From positions 192,001 through 256,000 of the forward strand of contig CAVWWD010000004.1 in the NCBI GenBank assembly GCA_963758635.1: a stretch of DNA of 64,000 nt, read 5' to 3'. Under the pieces are notes generated by a model. The model made no database searches and was not told the origin of the DNA. It saw nothing but the letters and a program-made list of their open reading frames with translations. Made by a program: the position numbers and the translations under genes. Numbering within the stretch: position 1 is the stretch's first letter; each line of letters begins with the position of its first letter. Below, one piece after another: positions 41,573 to 51,927 of this stretch. This DNA is from an uncultured Candidatus Rokubacteria bacterium (GTDB lineage: Bacteria > Methylomirabilota > Methylomirabilia > Rokubacteriales > CSP1-6).

Positions 41573-41820
41573 GGTGGGGGGCGGGAGGCTCGCTCCCGCC
41601 CCGGCCACCCTGGTTGTGCCGCAGCGCATGGCTGCGGGTCCCGGCATCGTCGGGACGTTTGAACAGCGCCGGGCGCGTCACCGGAGGTCGTTCGCCGAGG
41701 CCGTGGCCTCAGCTCGTGATGGGCTCCGGTGACGCCACTTGTGAGTCCGGTGGAGTGTCCATGGTGGCCTCCTTCCGGGTGTGGTGATCTCGACGAGGGG
41801 GGCCGTGGGCCGCCCCTCGT
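41573..41820. other. Hairpin-dense intergenic element containing a 17-codon ORF (41709-41762, minus strand); candidate structured RNA or leader
   Basis: At least six stem-loops, including 12-bp GCGTCACCGGAG/CTCCGGTGACGC; AAGGAGG RBS before ATG. Confidence 0.4.
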
Positions 41821-41900
41821 GCCCACAGTGAAGACCCGCGACCCCGACGCTGTCAAGAGGCCAGAGCGGTCCCCCGCCCGTATATCATTCCCGAAAGCCC

Positions 41901-42500
41901 ATGACGGCCACGATGCTCCGGATCGCCCCCCTGTTGCTCCTGCTGGCCGCCGCGTCGCCGGCGCGGGGCACGACCGCGGAGGAGTCGCTGTGGGCGCTGC
42001 TCGCCGGCGGCGGCCACGTCGTGCTGATCCGTCACACCTCCACGGTGCCCGTCCCGGGCGGCGCATTCGATCCGCCGGGCTTCCGGCTCGAGGACTGCGC
42101 CACCCAGCGCCCGCTCTCGCCGCTCGGGCGCGAGGAGGCGCAGGGCATCGGCGCCTCCTTCCGCTTCCACCGGGTTCCGGTGGGCCGCGTGCTCTCGAGC
42201 CGGTGGTGCCGGTGCCTCGACACCGCGCGGCTCGCCTTCGGCGCCGTGGAGCCCTGGCCGGCGCTGGACTCCTTCTTCCACGACCGCGCGCTCGAGCCCG
42301 CGCAGACGCGGCAGCTCAGGGAGCGCGTGTCCGCGCGTCCGGCCACGGGGAACCTGGTGCTCGTCACCCATTCCGCGAACGTGACCGCGCTGACCGGCCT
42401 CCAGCCCGAGCCCGGCGAAATGGTGATCCTGGCTCCCGGAGGTCCGAACGGCTTCCGCGTGGCCGGACGCCTGCACCTGTCCGTGCGTCCGTCGGGCTGA
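41901..42500 (+). CDS. Exported histidine phosphatase superfamily protein
   Basis: Signal peptide, VVLIRHT, QRPLS..G, SSRWCRCLDTA, LVLVTH. Confidence 0.85.
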   Translation: MTATMLRIAPLLLLLAAASPARGTTAEESLWALLAGGGHVVLIRHTSTVPVPGGAFDPPGFRLEDCATQRPLSPLGREEAQGIGASFRFHRVPVGRVLSSRWCRCLDTARLAFGAVEPWPALDSFFHDRALEPAQTRQLRERVSARPATGNLVLVTHSANVTALTGLQPEPGEMVILAPGGPNGFRVAGRLHLSVRPSG

Positions 42501-42512
42501 AGAGACGCCGGC

Positions 42513-44216
42513 ATGCGGCTCGGAACCGGATCGCCGGCCGTACGCACCCGGCTCGTCACGGGCCTCATCCTCTTCACCTACGTCACGACCCACTACCTGA
42601 ACCACGCCCTCGGCCTCGTCTCGCTCGACACCATGGACGAGGGCCGGCTCTGGTTCCTCGCCCTCTGGCGCAATCCCGTCGGGACGGTGGCCCTCTACGG
42701 CGCGCTCCTCACCCACTTCTCGCTCGCCCTCTGGTCCATCTACCGTCGCCGCACGCTGGCCATGCCTCCATGGGAGGCCCTCCAGCTCCTGCTGGGGCTC
42801 TGCATCCCGCCGCTCCTCATCGGCCACATCGTGGGCAACCGGATCGCGCACGACGCCCTCGGCACCATCAACGTCTACACGCGGCTGGTGCTCATCCTGT
42901 GGGAGCTGCGCCCCGACCTGGGCTGGAAGCAGGCGGTGCTCTTGTGCCTGGCGTGGACCCACGGGTGCATGGGGCTCCACTTCTGGCTTCGCTTCCGCCC
43001 CTGGTACCCGCGCGCGGCGCCCGTTCTCCTGTCCCTGGCCGTGCTGCTGCCCGTGCTCGCGCTCCTCGGATTCGCCGAGGCCGGGCGCGAGGTGTCGGCG
43101 CTGGCCCGCCAGCCGGGCTGGGTCGCCTCGGTCATGCAGGCCGTGGACCACCCGGACGCCTCCGGGCAGGCGTGGCTCCGCGACGTCACCGACGCGTGCC
43201 TGGCCCTCTTCGCCGCGTGCGTGGCCGGCGCGCTCGTGGCGCGCGGCGCTCGGCGGCTGGCGCTCGGGCGTCGCGGGCGCGTGCGCGTCGCGTACCCGGG
43301 CCCGCGCGAGGTGACGGTGCCGGCGGGCTTCACCGTGCTCGAGGCGAGCCGGCACGCGGGCATCCCGCACGTGTCCGTGTGCGGCGGGCGGGGCCGCTGC
43401 TCGACCTGCCGCGTCCGCGTGGGCCGCGGCCGCGAGTGGCTGCCCGCGCCGAGCGCGGCGGAGCAGCGCGTTCTCGACCGCGTGGGCGCGCCGGCCGACG
43501 TGCGGCTTGCCTGCCAGCTCCGCCCGGTGCGCGCGGTGGCCGTGACGCCGATCCTGGCCGTGGCCCCCGCGCGCGTCCTCGCGCCCGACGCCAAGCCGCG
43601 CCGGGCCGGACAGGAAATCGAGATCGCCGTGCTCTTCGCCGATCTCCGCGGCTTCACGCGCATGGCCGAGCACCGGCTGCCCTACGACGTCGTGTTCTTC
43701 CTGAACCGGTACTTCGACGCCGTGGGCAGCGCGATCGACCATGCGGGCGGCGTGGCCAACCAGTTCACCGGCGACGGCGTGATGGCGCTGTTCGGCGTGG
43801 ACAGCGGCCCGGAGGCGGGAAGCCGGCAGGCGCTGATCGCCGCCGGCGCCATGGAGGACGCCCTGGCGGAGCTGTCGGCGCAGCTCTCGGCCGAGCTGCC
43901 CGAGCCCCTGCGCCTGGGTATCGGCATCCACACCGGCCCCACCGTGGTGGGCGACATGGGCTACGGCGAGGGCCTCTACCTCACCGCGGTGGGGGACACG
44001 GTGCACGTGGCCGCGCGGCTCGAGCAGCTCACCAAGCAGTACGAGTGCGAGCTGGTGATCTCCGAGGACGTGGCCCGCCGGGCCGGGCTGGACGCCTCGA
44101 GCTATCCCCGGCACGAGCTGACCCTCCGGAACCGGACCGCGCCGCTCGACGTGCGGATCATCGCCAGGGCGGGCGACGTGGCCGCGGTCATGCGCCGGCG
44201 CGAGGCCGCGGTGTGA
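42513..44216 (+). CDS. Membrane class III adenylate/guanylate cyclase with 2Fe-2S ferredoxin domain
   Basis: His-containing TM region, CGGRGRCSTC...RLACQ, LFADLRGFT, GDGVMALFG, GIGIHTG, GDTVHVAARLE. Confidence 0.93.
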   Translation: MRLGTGSPAVRTRLVTGLILFTYVTTHYLNHALGLVSLDTMDEGRLWFLALWRNPVGTVALYGALLTHFSLALWSIYRRRTLAMPPWEALQLLLGLCIPPLLIGHIVGNRIAHDALGTINVYTRLVLILWELRPDLGWKQAVLLCLAWTHGCMGLHFWLRFRPWYPRAAPVLLSLAVLLPVLALLGFAEAGREVSALARQPGWVASVMQAVDHPDASGQAWLRDVTDACLALFAACVAGALVARGARRLALGRRGRVRVAYPGPREVTVPAGFTVLEASRHAGIPHVSVCGGRGRCSTCRVRVGRGREWLPAPSAAEQRVLDRVGAPADVRLACQLRPVRAVAVTPILAVAPARVLAPDAKPRRAGQEIEIAVLFADLRGFTRMAEHRLPYDVVFFLNRYFDAVGSAIDHAGGVANQFTGDGVMALFGVDSGPEAGSRQALIAAGAMEDALAELSAQLSAELPEPLRLGIGIHTGPTVVGDMGYGEGLYLTAVGDTVHVAARLEQLTKQYECELVISEDVARRAGLDASSYPRHELTLRNRTAPLDVRIIARAGDVAAVMRRREAAV

Positions 44217-46558
44217 CGCGCGGCGCGCCCGGACGGCGCGCGCTGGCTCACCGTGGTGCTCGGCCTGAGCGCGGCGGTGCTGATCGCGCTCGCCGCGGGC
44301 CTGGCCGCGCAGGTCGGCCGGCCGTATCCCGGCTTCTTCATCGCGCTGGACCACAGGATCTTCCCGGTGGAAGCGCGCGCGGCCGGGCTCGCCTACGGCG
44401 ATCGCATCGTGGCGGTGGACGGCCGCTCTCCGATGACCCTGGCCGCGCGCGTGACGGAGGCGTCCGGGCCCATCCGCTACGACGTGGAGCGCGACGGCCG
44501 ACGCTTCGTCGTGGACATTGCGCCGCGTCCCTTCACCCGGAGCCATCTCGTCGATCACTTCGCGGGCTACTTCGCGGTGTCCGCCGTCATGCTCGGTCGC
44601 CGGCGTGGCGGTGTTCCGCCAGAACCCCACGGCCCGCCCCAACCGGAACTTCCTCCTCTACATGTGCCTCTGGGCGACCTCGAACGTGGCCGTGCCCGAG
44701 GCCATCCTGAGCCCGCACCGCTACGGAGCGGCGCTGACCGGGTTCGTTCCCACGCTGCTCTCGATCCACGGGTGGGTGCTCTTCCTGACCTACCCGAGCA
44801 CGCCCGCGCGCGAGGCCTGGCTCGAGCGCCACCGCGTGGCGCCGCGGCTCTACCGCGCCGCCGTCGTCGTGGCGGCAGCCGTGTCGGTGGTGTTCACCGC
44901 CGTCTACCTCTCCGCCCCCGCGCTCCTCGCCGACGCTGGCCTCTACCGCGCCTTCCTCTCCTTCCAGTTCGGCCTCGCCGTGATCTCGTTTCCCATCAAG
45001 ATCGTGGCGCTGCTCGACACGCGGCGGCGCGCCGCGTCGCCCCTGGTCAACCAGCAGACCACCGTGCTGCTCCTCGGCATCGGGCTCGGGCTGGGCGGCT
45101 GGCTCGCCTTCATGCTGACGCCGCTCACGCACTTCTGGCAGGGGCCGGTGGACCCGCAGGTGGGCTCCGCGCTGGTGCTCCTGTATCCGGCCGCGATCGC
45201 CTACGCGACCGTCCGCTACCGGCTCTTCGACGCCTCGGTGGTGATCCGGCGCTCCGTCGTGTACACCGCGCTCGCCGCCCTCGTCACCGGCGCCTACGCC
45301 CTCCTGATCGCGGGGGCGAACGCGCTCCTCGCCCAGGCCGACCTCGTCCGCTCGCCGTGGTTCTCGGGCGCGTTCATGTTCGCGCTCGTGCTCGCCTTCA
45401 ACCCGCTGCGGGATCGCGTCCAGCGCGCGGTGGACCGGACCTTCTTCCGCGAGCGCTCCGACCACGCGCGCACCATCCAGGCCCTCGCGCGCTCGATGCG
45501 GAGCCTGCTCGACCTCGACGAGATCACGCGGCGCCTCACCACGACGATCGAGACCGCCATGCACGCGCGCGACGCGCGGCTGGCCCTGGGCCCGCCGGAC
45601 GCCGACCTCGCCCGGGTCCTCGCCGCCGCGCCGGGGGCGCTCTCGCGCTACCAGGTGGCGGCCGACCCGAGGTTCGCGGCGCTGGGGCCCGCCGGGCGCC
45701 GCGCCTGGGAGGCTCTCGACGCCGAGGTGGCGGTGCCGCTCCGCTTCCAGGACGAGCCACGCGGGCTCCTGCTCCTCGGGCCCAAGCGCTCGGAGGCGCC
45801 CTACACGGCCGAGGACCTGGAGGCGCTCGAGACGCTGGCCGACCAGGCGGCGGTGGCGGTGGCCAACGCCGAGGCCCACCGGCAGGTCCTCGACTACGCG
45901 CGACAGCTCGAGCGGAGCCTCCTGATCCGCACGAGCCTCGCCAAGTTCGTGCCCCAGCGCGTGCGCGAGCTGATCGAGGAGTCGCCGGAGGCGCCGTCGC
46001 TCGACAAGCGGGAAACCGACGTTCTCGGTGCTCTTCGCCGACATCACCGGCTACACGCGCCTGTCCTCCCGGCTGGCGCCCGACACGCTGGACGCGCTGG
46101 TCGAGCGCTACTTCGGCGCGTTCCTGGACGAGATCGTCAAGCACGGCGGCGACGTGAACGAGACGGCGGGCGACGGGCTGATGGTGATCTTCCACGAGGG
46201 CGACCACGCGCGGGCCGCGGTGGCGACGGCCCACGCCATCCACGCGCGCGCCGGCGAGCTGAACGCCGAGCTCGCCGCGCGCTCCGACCCGCTCGCCATG
46301 CACATCGGCGTGAACACGGGCCCGGCGCTGCTCGGCGCCACCAAGATCGAGGGCCGCGCGGGCACGCGGTGGACCTACACCGCCTCCGGCCTCACCACCA
46401 ACATCGCGGCCCGGCTCGCCGCGCTCGCCCAGGGCGGCCAGCTCCTCGTGAGCGCGGAGACGCGCGAGCGCCTGGGCGACGACGTCCCCGCCGAGGACCT
46501 CGGCATCCAGCCCCTCAAGAACGTGGAGCGCCCGGTCCGCGTCCTCCGCCTACGGTGA
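44213..46558 (+). CDS. PDZ-multiTM-GAF class III adenylate/guanylate cyclase (frameshifts near 44595 and 46025)
   Basis: AAGLAYGDRIVAVDG PDZ, about 8 TM helices, LLLGPKRSEAPYTAED GAF, LFADITGYT, AGDGLM, HIGVNTG, NIAARL. Confidence 0.85.
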
Positions 46559-46575
46559 TGGTTCTCACCTCACAA

Positions 46576-46610
46576 CCCTCTCCCCTCGGGGGAGAGGGCA
46601 GGGTGAGGGG
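46576..46610 (+). repeat. REP-like palindromic element
   Basis: CCCTCTCCCCTCGGGGGAGAGGGCAGGGTGAGGGG, a widespread REP-type motif, just after a stop codon. Confidence 0.75.
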
Positions 46611-46682
46611 CGGTGGCACAAGCACGCGGGCCGCGCGAGCTGGTTCGGAGATTCAGGAGTCCACCGGGTACACTCGCGGTCT

Positions 46683-47459
46683 ATGGACGCGACTCTGGTG
46701 GCGATGATCGCGGCCGCCCGCGCCGGCGGCGACGCGGCCGCCGCGCACTTCAGGCGTGGCGTGACGGCCAGCCTCAAGCCGGACCGCTCGCCCGTGACCG
46801 TCGCCGACCGCGAGGCCGAGGAGCTGATCGTCGCCCGGCTCGCCCGCGACTTCCCCGGGCACGGCTTCCTGGGCGAGGAGTCGGGCGCGTCGGGGCCCGA
46901 GGGCGCCCGCTTCATCGTGGACCCGATCGACGGGACGCGGAACTTCGTCCGCGGCATTCCGTTCTGGGCCACGCTCGTCGCCCTCGAGGAGGGCGGGCAG
47001 GTCACGGCCGGCGTCGTCTACCAGCCGGTGAGCGGCGACCTCCACGTGTGCCGGCGCGGCGCCGGCGCCTTCCTGAACGGCGCGCGCCTGCGCGTGTCGG
47101 CCGAGCCGGCGCTCGATCGCGCCATGCTCGTGCACCCGAGCCTGACCCTGCTGCGCGGGCCCGACCTGTGGCCGGGGTTCGTCCGCCTGATCGACGCCAC
47201 CGCGCGGCAGCGGGGCTTCGGCGACTTCCTCTGCTTCACCACCGTCGCCGAGGGCCGGGCCGAGATCGGCATCGGCTTGAACGTGAAGCCCTGGGACCTG
47301 GCGCCGCTCCGGCTCCTCGTGGAGGAGGCGGGCGGGCGCTTCACGAGCTGGGACGGCGTGCCGACCATCGCCACCGACCGCGCGGTGGCCACCAACGGCG
47401 CGCTCCACGACCGGACGCTGGCGCTGCTCGCGGGCGGCGCGCGCGAAGGAGAGCCATGA
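46683..47459 (+). CDS. Inositol monophosphatase family protein (HisN-like histidinol-phosphatase)
   Basis: KPDRSPVTVAD, LGEE, VDPIDGTRNF, RGFGDF, KPWDLA. Confidence 0.88.
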   Translation: MDATLVAMIAAARAGGDAAAAHFRRGVTASLKPDRSPVTVADREAEELIVARLARDFPGHGFLGEESGASGPEGARFIVDPIDGTRNFVRGIPFWATLVALEEGGQVTAGVVYQPVSGDLHVCRRGAGAFLNGARLRVSAEPALDRAMLVHPSLTLLRGPDLWPGFVRLIDATARQRGFGDFLCFTTVAEGRAEIGIGLNVKPWDLAPLRLLVEEAGGRFTSWDGVPTIATDRAVATNGALHDRTLALLAGGAREGEP

Positions 47460-48518
47460 CCACCCTCGACGACCTCGACACCCCGGCGGTGACCGTGCAC
47501 CTGCCGGTGATGGAGGACAACATCCGCCGCGTTCAGGCCCTGCTCGCGAGGAACGGCCTCGGCAACCGCCCCCACATCAAGACGCACAAGATCCCCGCCA
47601 TCGGCAGGCTCCAGATGGCGGCGGGGGCGATCGGCATCACGTGCCAGAAGCTCGGCGAGGCCGAGGTGTTCGTCGACGCAGGCGTCGCCGAGGACGTCCT
47701 GGTCACCTACAACATCCTGGGCGCGGCCAAGCGCGAGCGGCTGATGGCGCTGGTCCCGCGCGTGCGCTCGCTCATGGTCGTGCTCGACAACGAGACGGTG
47801 GCGCGCGGCCTCTCCGAGGCGGCGTCGCACCACGGCCGGGACCTCGGCTTCCTCGTGGAGTGCGACACCGGCATGGGCCGGACCGGCGTGCAGACGCCGG
47901 AGGCGGCGCTGGACCTGGCGCGGACGGCCATGCGGCTGCCGCGCCTTCAGTTCCGCGGCCTCATGACGTTTCCGAACAAGGATCCCGACACGCGCGTGTT
48001 CTTCGAGCGCGCGCTCGCGATCTTCGGGAGCGCGGGCATCACGGTGCCCATCGTGTCCGGCGGCGGCACGCCGGCCCTCACCACGATCGAGCGCTTCCCG
48101 ATGCTCACCGAGCACCGCGCCGGGACCTGCGTCTACAACGACGCGATGGCGGTGACGTCGGGGGCGGCCACCTGGGATCAGTGCGCGATGCGGGTGCGGA
48201 CCACCGTGGTGAGCCGGCCCACGGCGGATCGCGCCGTGCTCGACGCGGGCTCGAAGGTCCTCACGTCCGACCAGTACTTCATGAAGGGCTTCGGCCACGT
48301 CATGCAGTACCCGGACGCGGCGATCGCGCACCTCTCCGAGGAGCACGCGGTGGTCGACCTCTCGGCGTGCCCGGAGCGGCCGCGGGTGGGCGACGTGGTC
48401 GACGTGGTGCCGAACCACTGCTGCGTCGTCACCAACATGGTCGACGAGATCCACGGGGTGCGCGAACGGCGCCGTCGAGGTCGTGTGGCCGGTGGCGGCG
48501 CGCGGCCGCGTCAGCTGA
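47456..48518 (+). CDS. PLP-dependent D-threonine aldolase/D-serine dehydratase family enzyme (frameshift near 48465)
   Basis: LDTPA, RPHIKTHK, ECDTGMGRTG, SGGGTP, EHRAG..VYND, DAGSK, LSEEH, PNHCC. Confidence 0.9.
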
Positions 48519-48532
48519 GCGGCGGCCACGCC

Positions 48533-50157
48533 ATGCGCCGGCGCGGGGCCGGGCTCGTGGTGGACGCGCTGGCCTCGGCCGGCGTGCGCCACCTCTTCTC
48601 GCTCTCCGGCAACCAGATCCTGTCGGTCTACGACGCGAGCATCGGCAGCGGGATCGAGATCATCCACACGCGGCACGAGGCCGCGGCCGTGCACATGGCG
48701 GACGCGTGGGGCCGCCTCACCGAGGAGCCCGGCGTGGCCCTGGTGACCGCCGGCCCCGGCCACCTGAACGCGATCTCCGCGCTCTACGGGGCGCGCATGG
48801 CCGAGTCCCCGGTGGTCTTCCTGTCCGGCCACGCGCCGCTCGGCCTCGCCGGCCGCGGCGCCTTCCAGGAGATGGACCAGGTCGGCGCGGCCCGGCCCGT
48901 GACCAAGGCGGCGTGGGTCGCCCGGGACGCCGCGGCGATGGGCGACGACATCGCCCGCGCGCTCCACCTCGCGCAGAGCGGCCGGCCCGGGCCGGTGCAC
49001 GTGAGCCTGCCGTCCGATCTCCTCGAACGCGAGGTCGACGCGCCCGCCGCGGCTCCCGCGCGCGAGGCGGGGGCCGGCGAACCGCCCGCCGCGCTGGGCG
49101 CCGCGATCCGCGATGCGCTCGACCTGCTGTCCGCGGCCGAGCGCCCGCTCGTGCTCGTGGGGCCCGCGATGGGCCGCGGCCGCCGATGGCGGACGGTGGA
49201 GGCGCTCTCGGAGGCCACCGGGATTCCCGCCCTCCTGATGGAGAGCCCGCGCGGCGTGAACGACCCCTGGCTCCACCTCGCGTCCCGATCCCTCGCCGAA
49301 GCGGACGTCGTCCTGCTCCTCGGCAAGCGGATGGACTACTCGCTGCGCTTCGGTGAGCCGCCCGCGTTCGCGCGCGAGTGCCGCTTCATCCAGGTGGACG
49401 CCGACGCCGACGCGCTGGCCGCCCCCGAGCGGCTCGCGCTCGCCATCGCCGCCGAGCCCGAGCGGGCGGCGGTCGAGCTGGCCGCGGCCGCCCGTTCCCG
49501 GTCGTGGGCGCGCCGCGACTGGGGCGACCGGGTCATGGCGGCGCGCCGCGGCGAGCCGGCGGGCTGGGACGAGCTGCGGCGCTCCACGCGCCGGCCCATG
49601 CATCCGCTCCGCGTCTGTGCGGCCATGCAGCCGCTCTTCGACGACGGCGCCATCCTGGTATGCGACGGCGGCGAGTTCGGCCAGTGGGTGCAGGCCGGGG
49701 CCGAGGCGCGGACGCGGCTGATCAACGGGCTTTCCGGGTCCATCGGGAGCGCGCTGCCCATGGCGGCAGCGGCGCGGCTGGCCGCGCCGGACCGCGCCGT
49801 GGTGGCCGCGCTCGGCGACGGGACGTTCGGCTTCCACGCCCTCGAGCTGGACACCGCGGCCCGCTACCGCCTCCCCATCGTGGCGGTGGTGGGCAACGAC
49901 GCCCGCTGGAACGCCGAGCACCAGCTCCAGATCCAGCAGTACGGGGCGGAGCGCACGGTGGGCTGCGAGCTCTCGCCGACCCGCTACGACGAGCTGGCGC
50001 GTGCCCTCGGCGCCCACGGCGAGCACGTGGAGGCGGCCCGAGGATCTCGAGCCCGCGTTGGCGCGCGCGGTGAAGTCGGGGCTGCCCGGCGTGCGTCGAC
50101 GTGGCGATCGACGGCGTGGCCGCGCCGACCTACGGTACGGCTCGAGCCGGGCATTGA
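48533..50157 (+). CDS. Thiamine pyrophosphate-binding protein (acetolactate synthase-like), frameshifts near C-terminus
   Basis: [44 protein letters not shown]...VVGND TPP motif. Confidence 0.92.
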
Positions 50158-50549
50158 CCGGCCGCGACACCGCGACGCCCGCCGGGCCCCGGCCGGATCA
50201 GACCTGGCTCCTGTGGGACGGCGCCTGAGACCTCTGACGACGGTCCGTCGCTTGGGTCAAGCGACAAGACTCCGGTGATCGCGTCCACGCCGTGCCCTAC
50301 CAGGAGGCTCCGTGGCCGCCGATGACGGCCGAGCTCGAGCGGCAGTGCGCCCGCGCCGCCCACGTGATCACTCCCGACGGCCGGACGCTCCGCGCCGGAC
50401 GGGCCAGCCTCCACGTGATGGGCCTCGTGGGGTGGCGCCGCTTCGCCGCGGTCTTCTCGACGCCGCCCCTCGTCTGGCTGGTCGAAGCCGGGTACTGGAT
50501 CGTCGCGCGGAACCGGGGCTTCTTCGGCCGCTTCCTCTTCCGCCGATGA
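50154..50549 (+). CDS. DCC1/DUF393 thiol-disulfide oxidoreductase, predicted selenoprotein with UxxU motif
   Basis: TTG start overlaps the upstream stop; reads LLWDGA-TGA-DL-TGA-RRSVAWV...PYQ...GY.IVARNR; both TGAs (50226, 50235) fall on the family DGxCxxC cysteines. Confidence 0.85.
50241..50274 (+). promoter_or_regulatory. Bacterial SECIS-like stem-loop
   Basis: GTCGCTTG-GGT-CAAGCGAC (50247-50265) with lower pairing; apical-loop G lies 18 nt after the second TGA and 27 nt after the first. Confidence 0.75.
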
Positions 50550-50562
50550 GGTAGGGCTGATC

Positions 50563-51717
50563 GTGACCCAGGCCGATCAGCTGGCGCGATGGGTCGCGCT
50601 GGCGATGGCGGCGGGCTTCGCGCTCTCGCCCGGGCTGTGGGTCTCGACCCGCGCCTATCCGCTGGTGCCGGTGTCCGGCCGCTTGCCCCGCATCCCGTAT
50701 CCGGTCGACGTCGTCGCGTTCGGTGCGCTCTGGGCTCTCCTGGGCCTGATCGCGCTGGCGGGGGCCTTCGCGCCAGGCCTGCTCGCCTTCGTCGCGCTCG
50801 CCGGCGCGCTCAGCCTCTGGGATCAATCGCGATGGCAGCCGTGGTTCTACCAGTACGTGATCATGCTGGCGGCCCTCGGGCTCCACCCGTGGACCGGCGC
50901 GGCGCTCGACACGTGCCGGGCCATCGTGGCGGCCACCTACCTGTGGAGCGGCTTCCAGAAGGTCAACACCAGCTTCGCGCGCGTGACCTTTCCGTGGCTC
51001 GTCGCGCCGATGACCGAGCGGCTCCCGGTCGGGCTCGCGAGGACGGTCGCGTGGAGCGGGCCCGCGGTGGCGCTCGGGGAGGCGGCCATCGGCGTCGGAC
51101 TGCTCGTGGAGCCGCTCCGGGACGTGGCGGTGGTGGCGGCGGTGCTGATGCACGCGACCATTCTCTTGTGCCTGGGGCCGCTCGGCCACCGCGTCAACAC
51201 GGTCGTGTGGCCGTGGAACGTCGCAATGGCGGCGTTCGTCCTCGTCCTCTTCTGGCGGGCGCCGGACGTGTCGACCAGCCGGATCCTCTCCGTGGATCCC
51301 GGGGTGTTCCACGCGCTCGTGGTCCTGCTATTCGGCCTCCTGCCCGCGCTGAGCTTCGTGAACTGCTGGGACTCGTACCTGTCGGCCGCCCTCTACTCCG
51401 CGAATCTCAAGTCGGGCGTGATCTACCTGACCGAGGCGGGGCGGGCCGCGCTCCCGGTGGCCGTAGAGCGCTACGTGGAGCCCGGCGCGGACGGCCGGCT
51501 CGAGCTCTCGCTGTCGCGGTGGTCGTCGGGCGAGACCAACGTGCCCGTCTATCCGGAGGTGCGGGTCTTCAAGGCCCTCGCGCGGGAGGTTTGCCGGCAC
51601 GCGGGCGACGTCGAGCTGGTCGTGCGCTACCGCTCGCTCGCGCGCCTCGTCCGCCGGCGCTCGACGGCGGACCCCGGCGCGCGGGTGATCGTGCGCTACC
51701 GCTGCGGCTCGCTGTGA
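50563..51717 (+). CDS. Multi-pass membrane protein (HTTM/MauE-DoxX-like)
   Basis: About 9 TM helices; DQSRWQPWFYQY, YLWSGFQK, E..IG.GLL, MH..IL, VWPWN. Confidence 0.72.
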   Translation: MTQADQLARWVALAMAAGFALSPGLWVSTRAYPLVPVSGRLPRIPYPVDVVAFGALWALLGLIALAGAFAPGLLAFVALAGALSLWDQSRWQPWFYQYVIMLAALGLHPWTGAALDTCRAIVAATYLWSGFQKVNTSFARVTFPWLVAPMTERLPVGLARTVAWSGPAVALGEAAIGVGLLVEPLRDVAVVAAVLMHATILLCLGPLGHRVNTVVWPWNVAMAAFVLVLFWRAPDVSTSRILSVDPGVFHALVVLLFGLLPALSFVNCWDSYLSAALYSANLKSGVIYLTEAGRAALPVAVERYVEPGADGRLELSLSRWSSGETNVPVYPEVRVFKALAREVCRHAGDVELVVRYRSLARLVRRRSTADPGARVIVRYRCGSL

Positions 51718-51927
51718 GCCGGGACCGGGACGCCGGCCCCCGCCGCTCAGCGCCGCGCGCTGGCCCAGTCGTCGATCCGCACGCGCCCGACCAGGGCGTA
51801 CGTGCCCGTGGTTGCGCGATCGGGTCGGGCATCTCTCCCGTACTGCTTCGGGATGGCGGTTGGTTCCACTGCATTCCCATCTGCGCTCCGCTCGCCTCCG
51901 GCTCGCTGCGCAATTCGCGCCGCATGG

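Noticed and set aside
41755..41790. SRP RNA (CCGGAAGG on the minus strand)
   Set aside because: Lacks the flanking TCAGG and AGCAGC of the SRP domain IV motif
46613..50278. 1221-aa PLP enzyme-TPP enzyme fusion
   Set aside because: A frameshift near 48465 hides the real stop at 48518; these are separate genes
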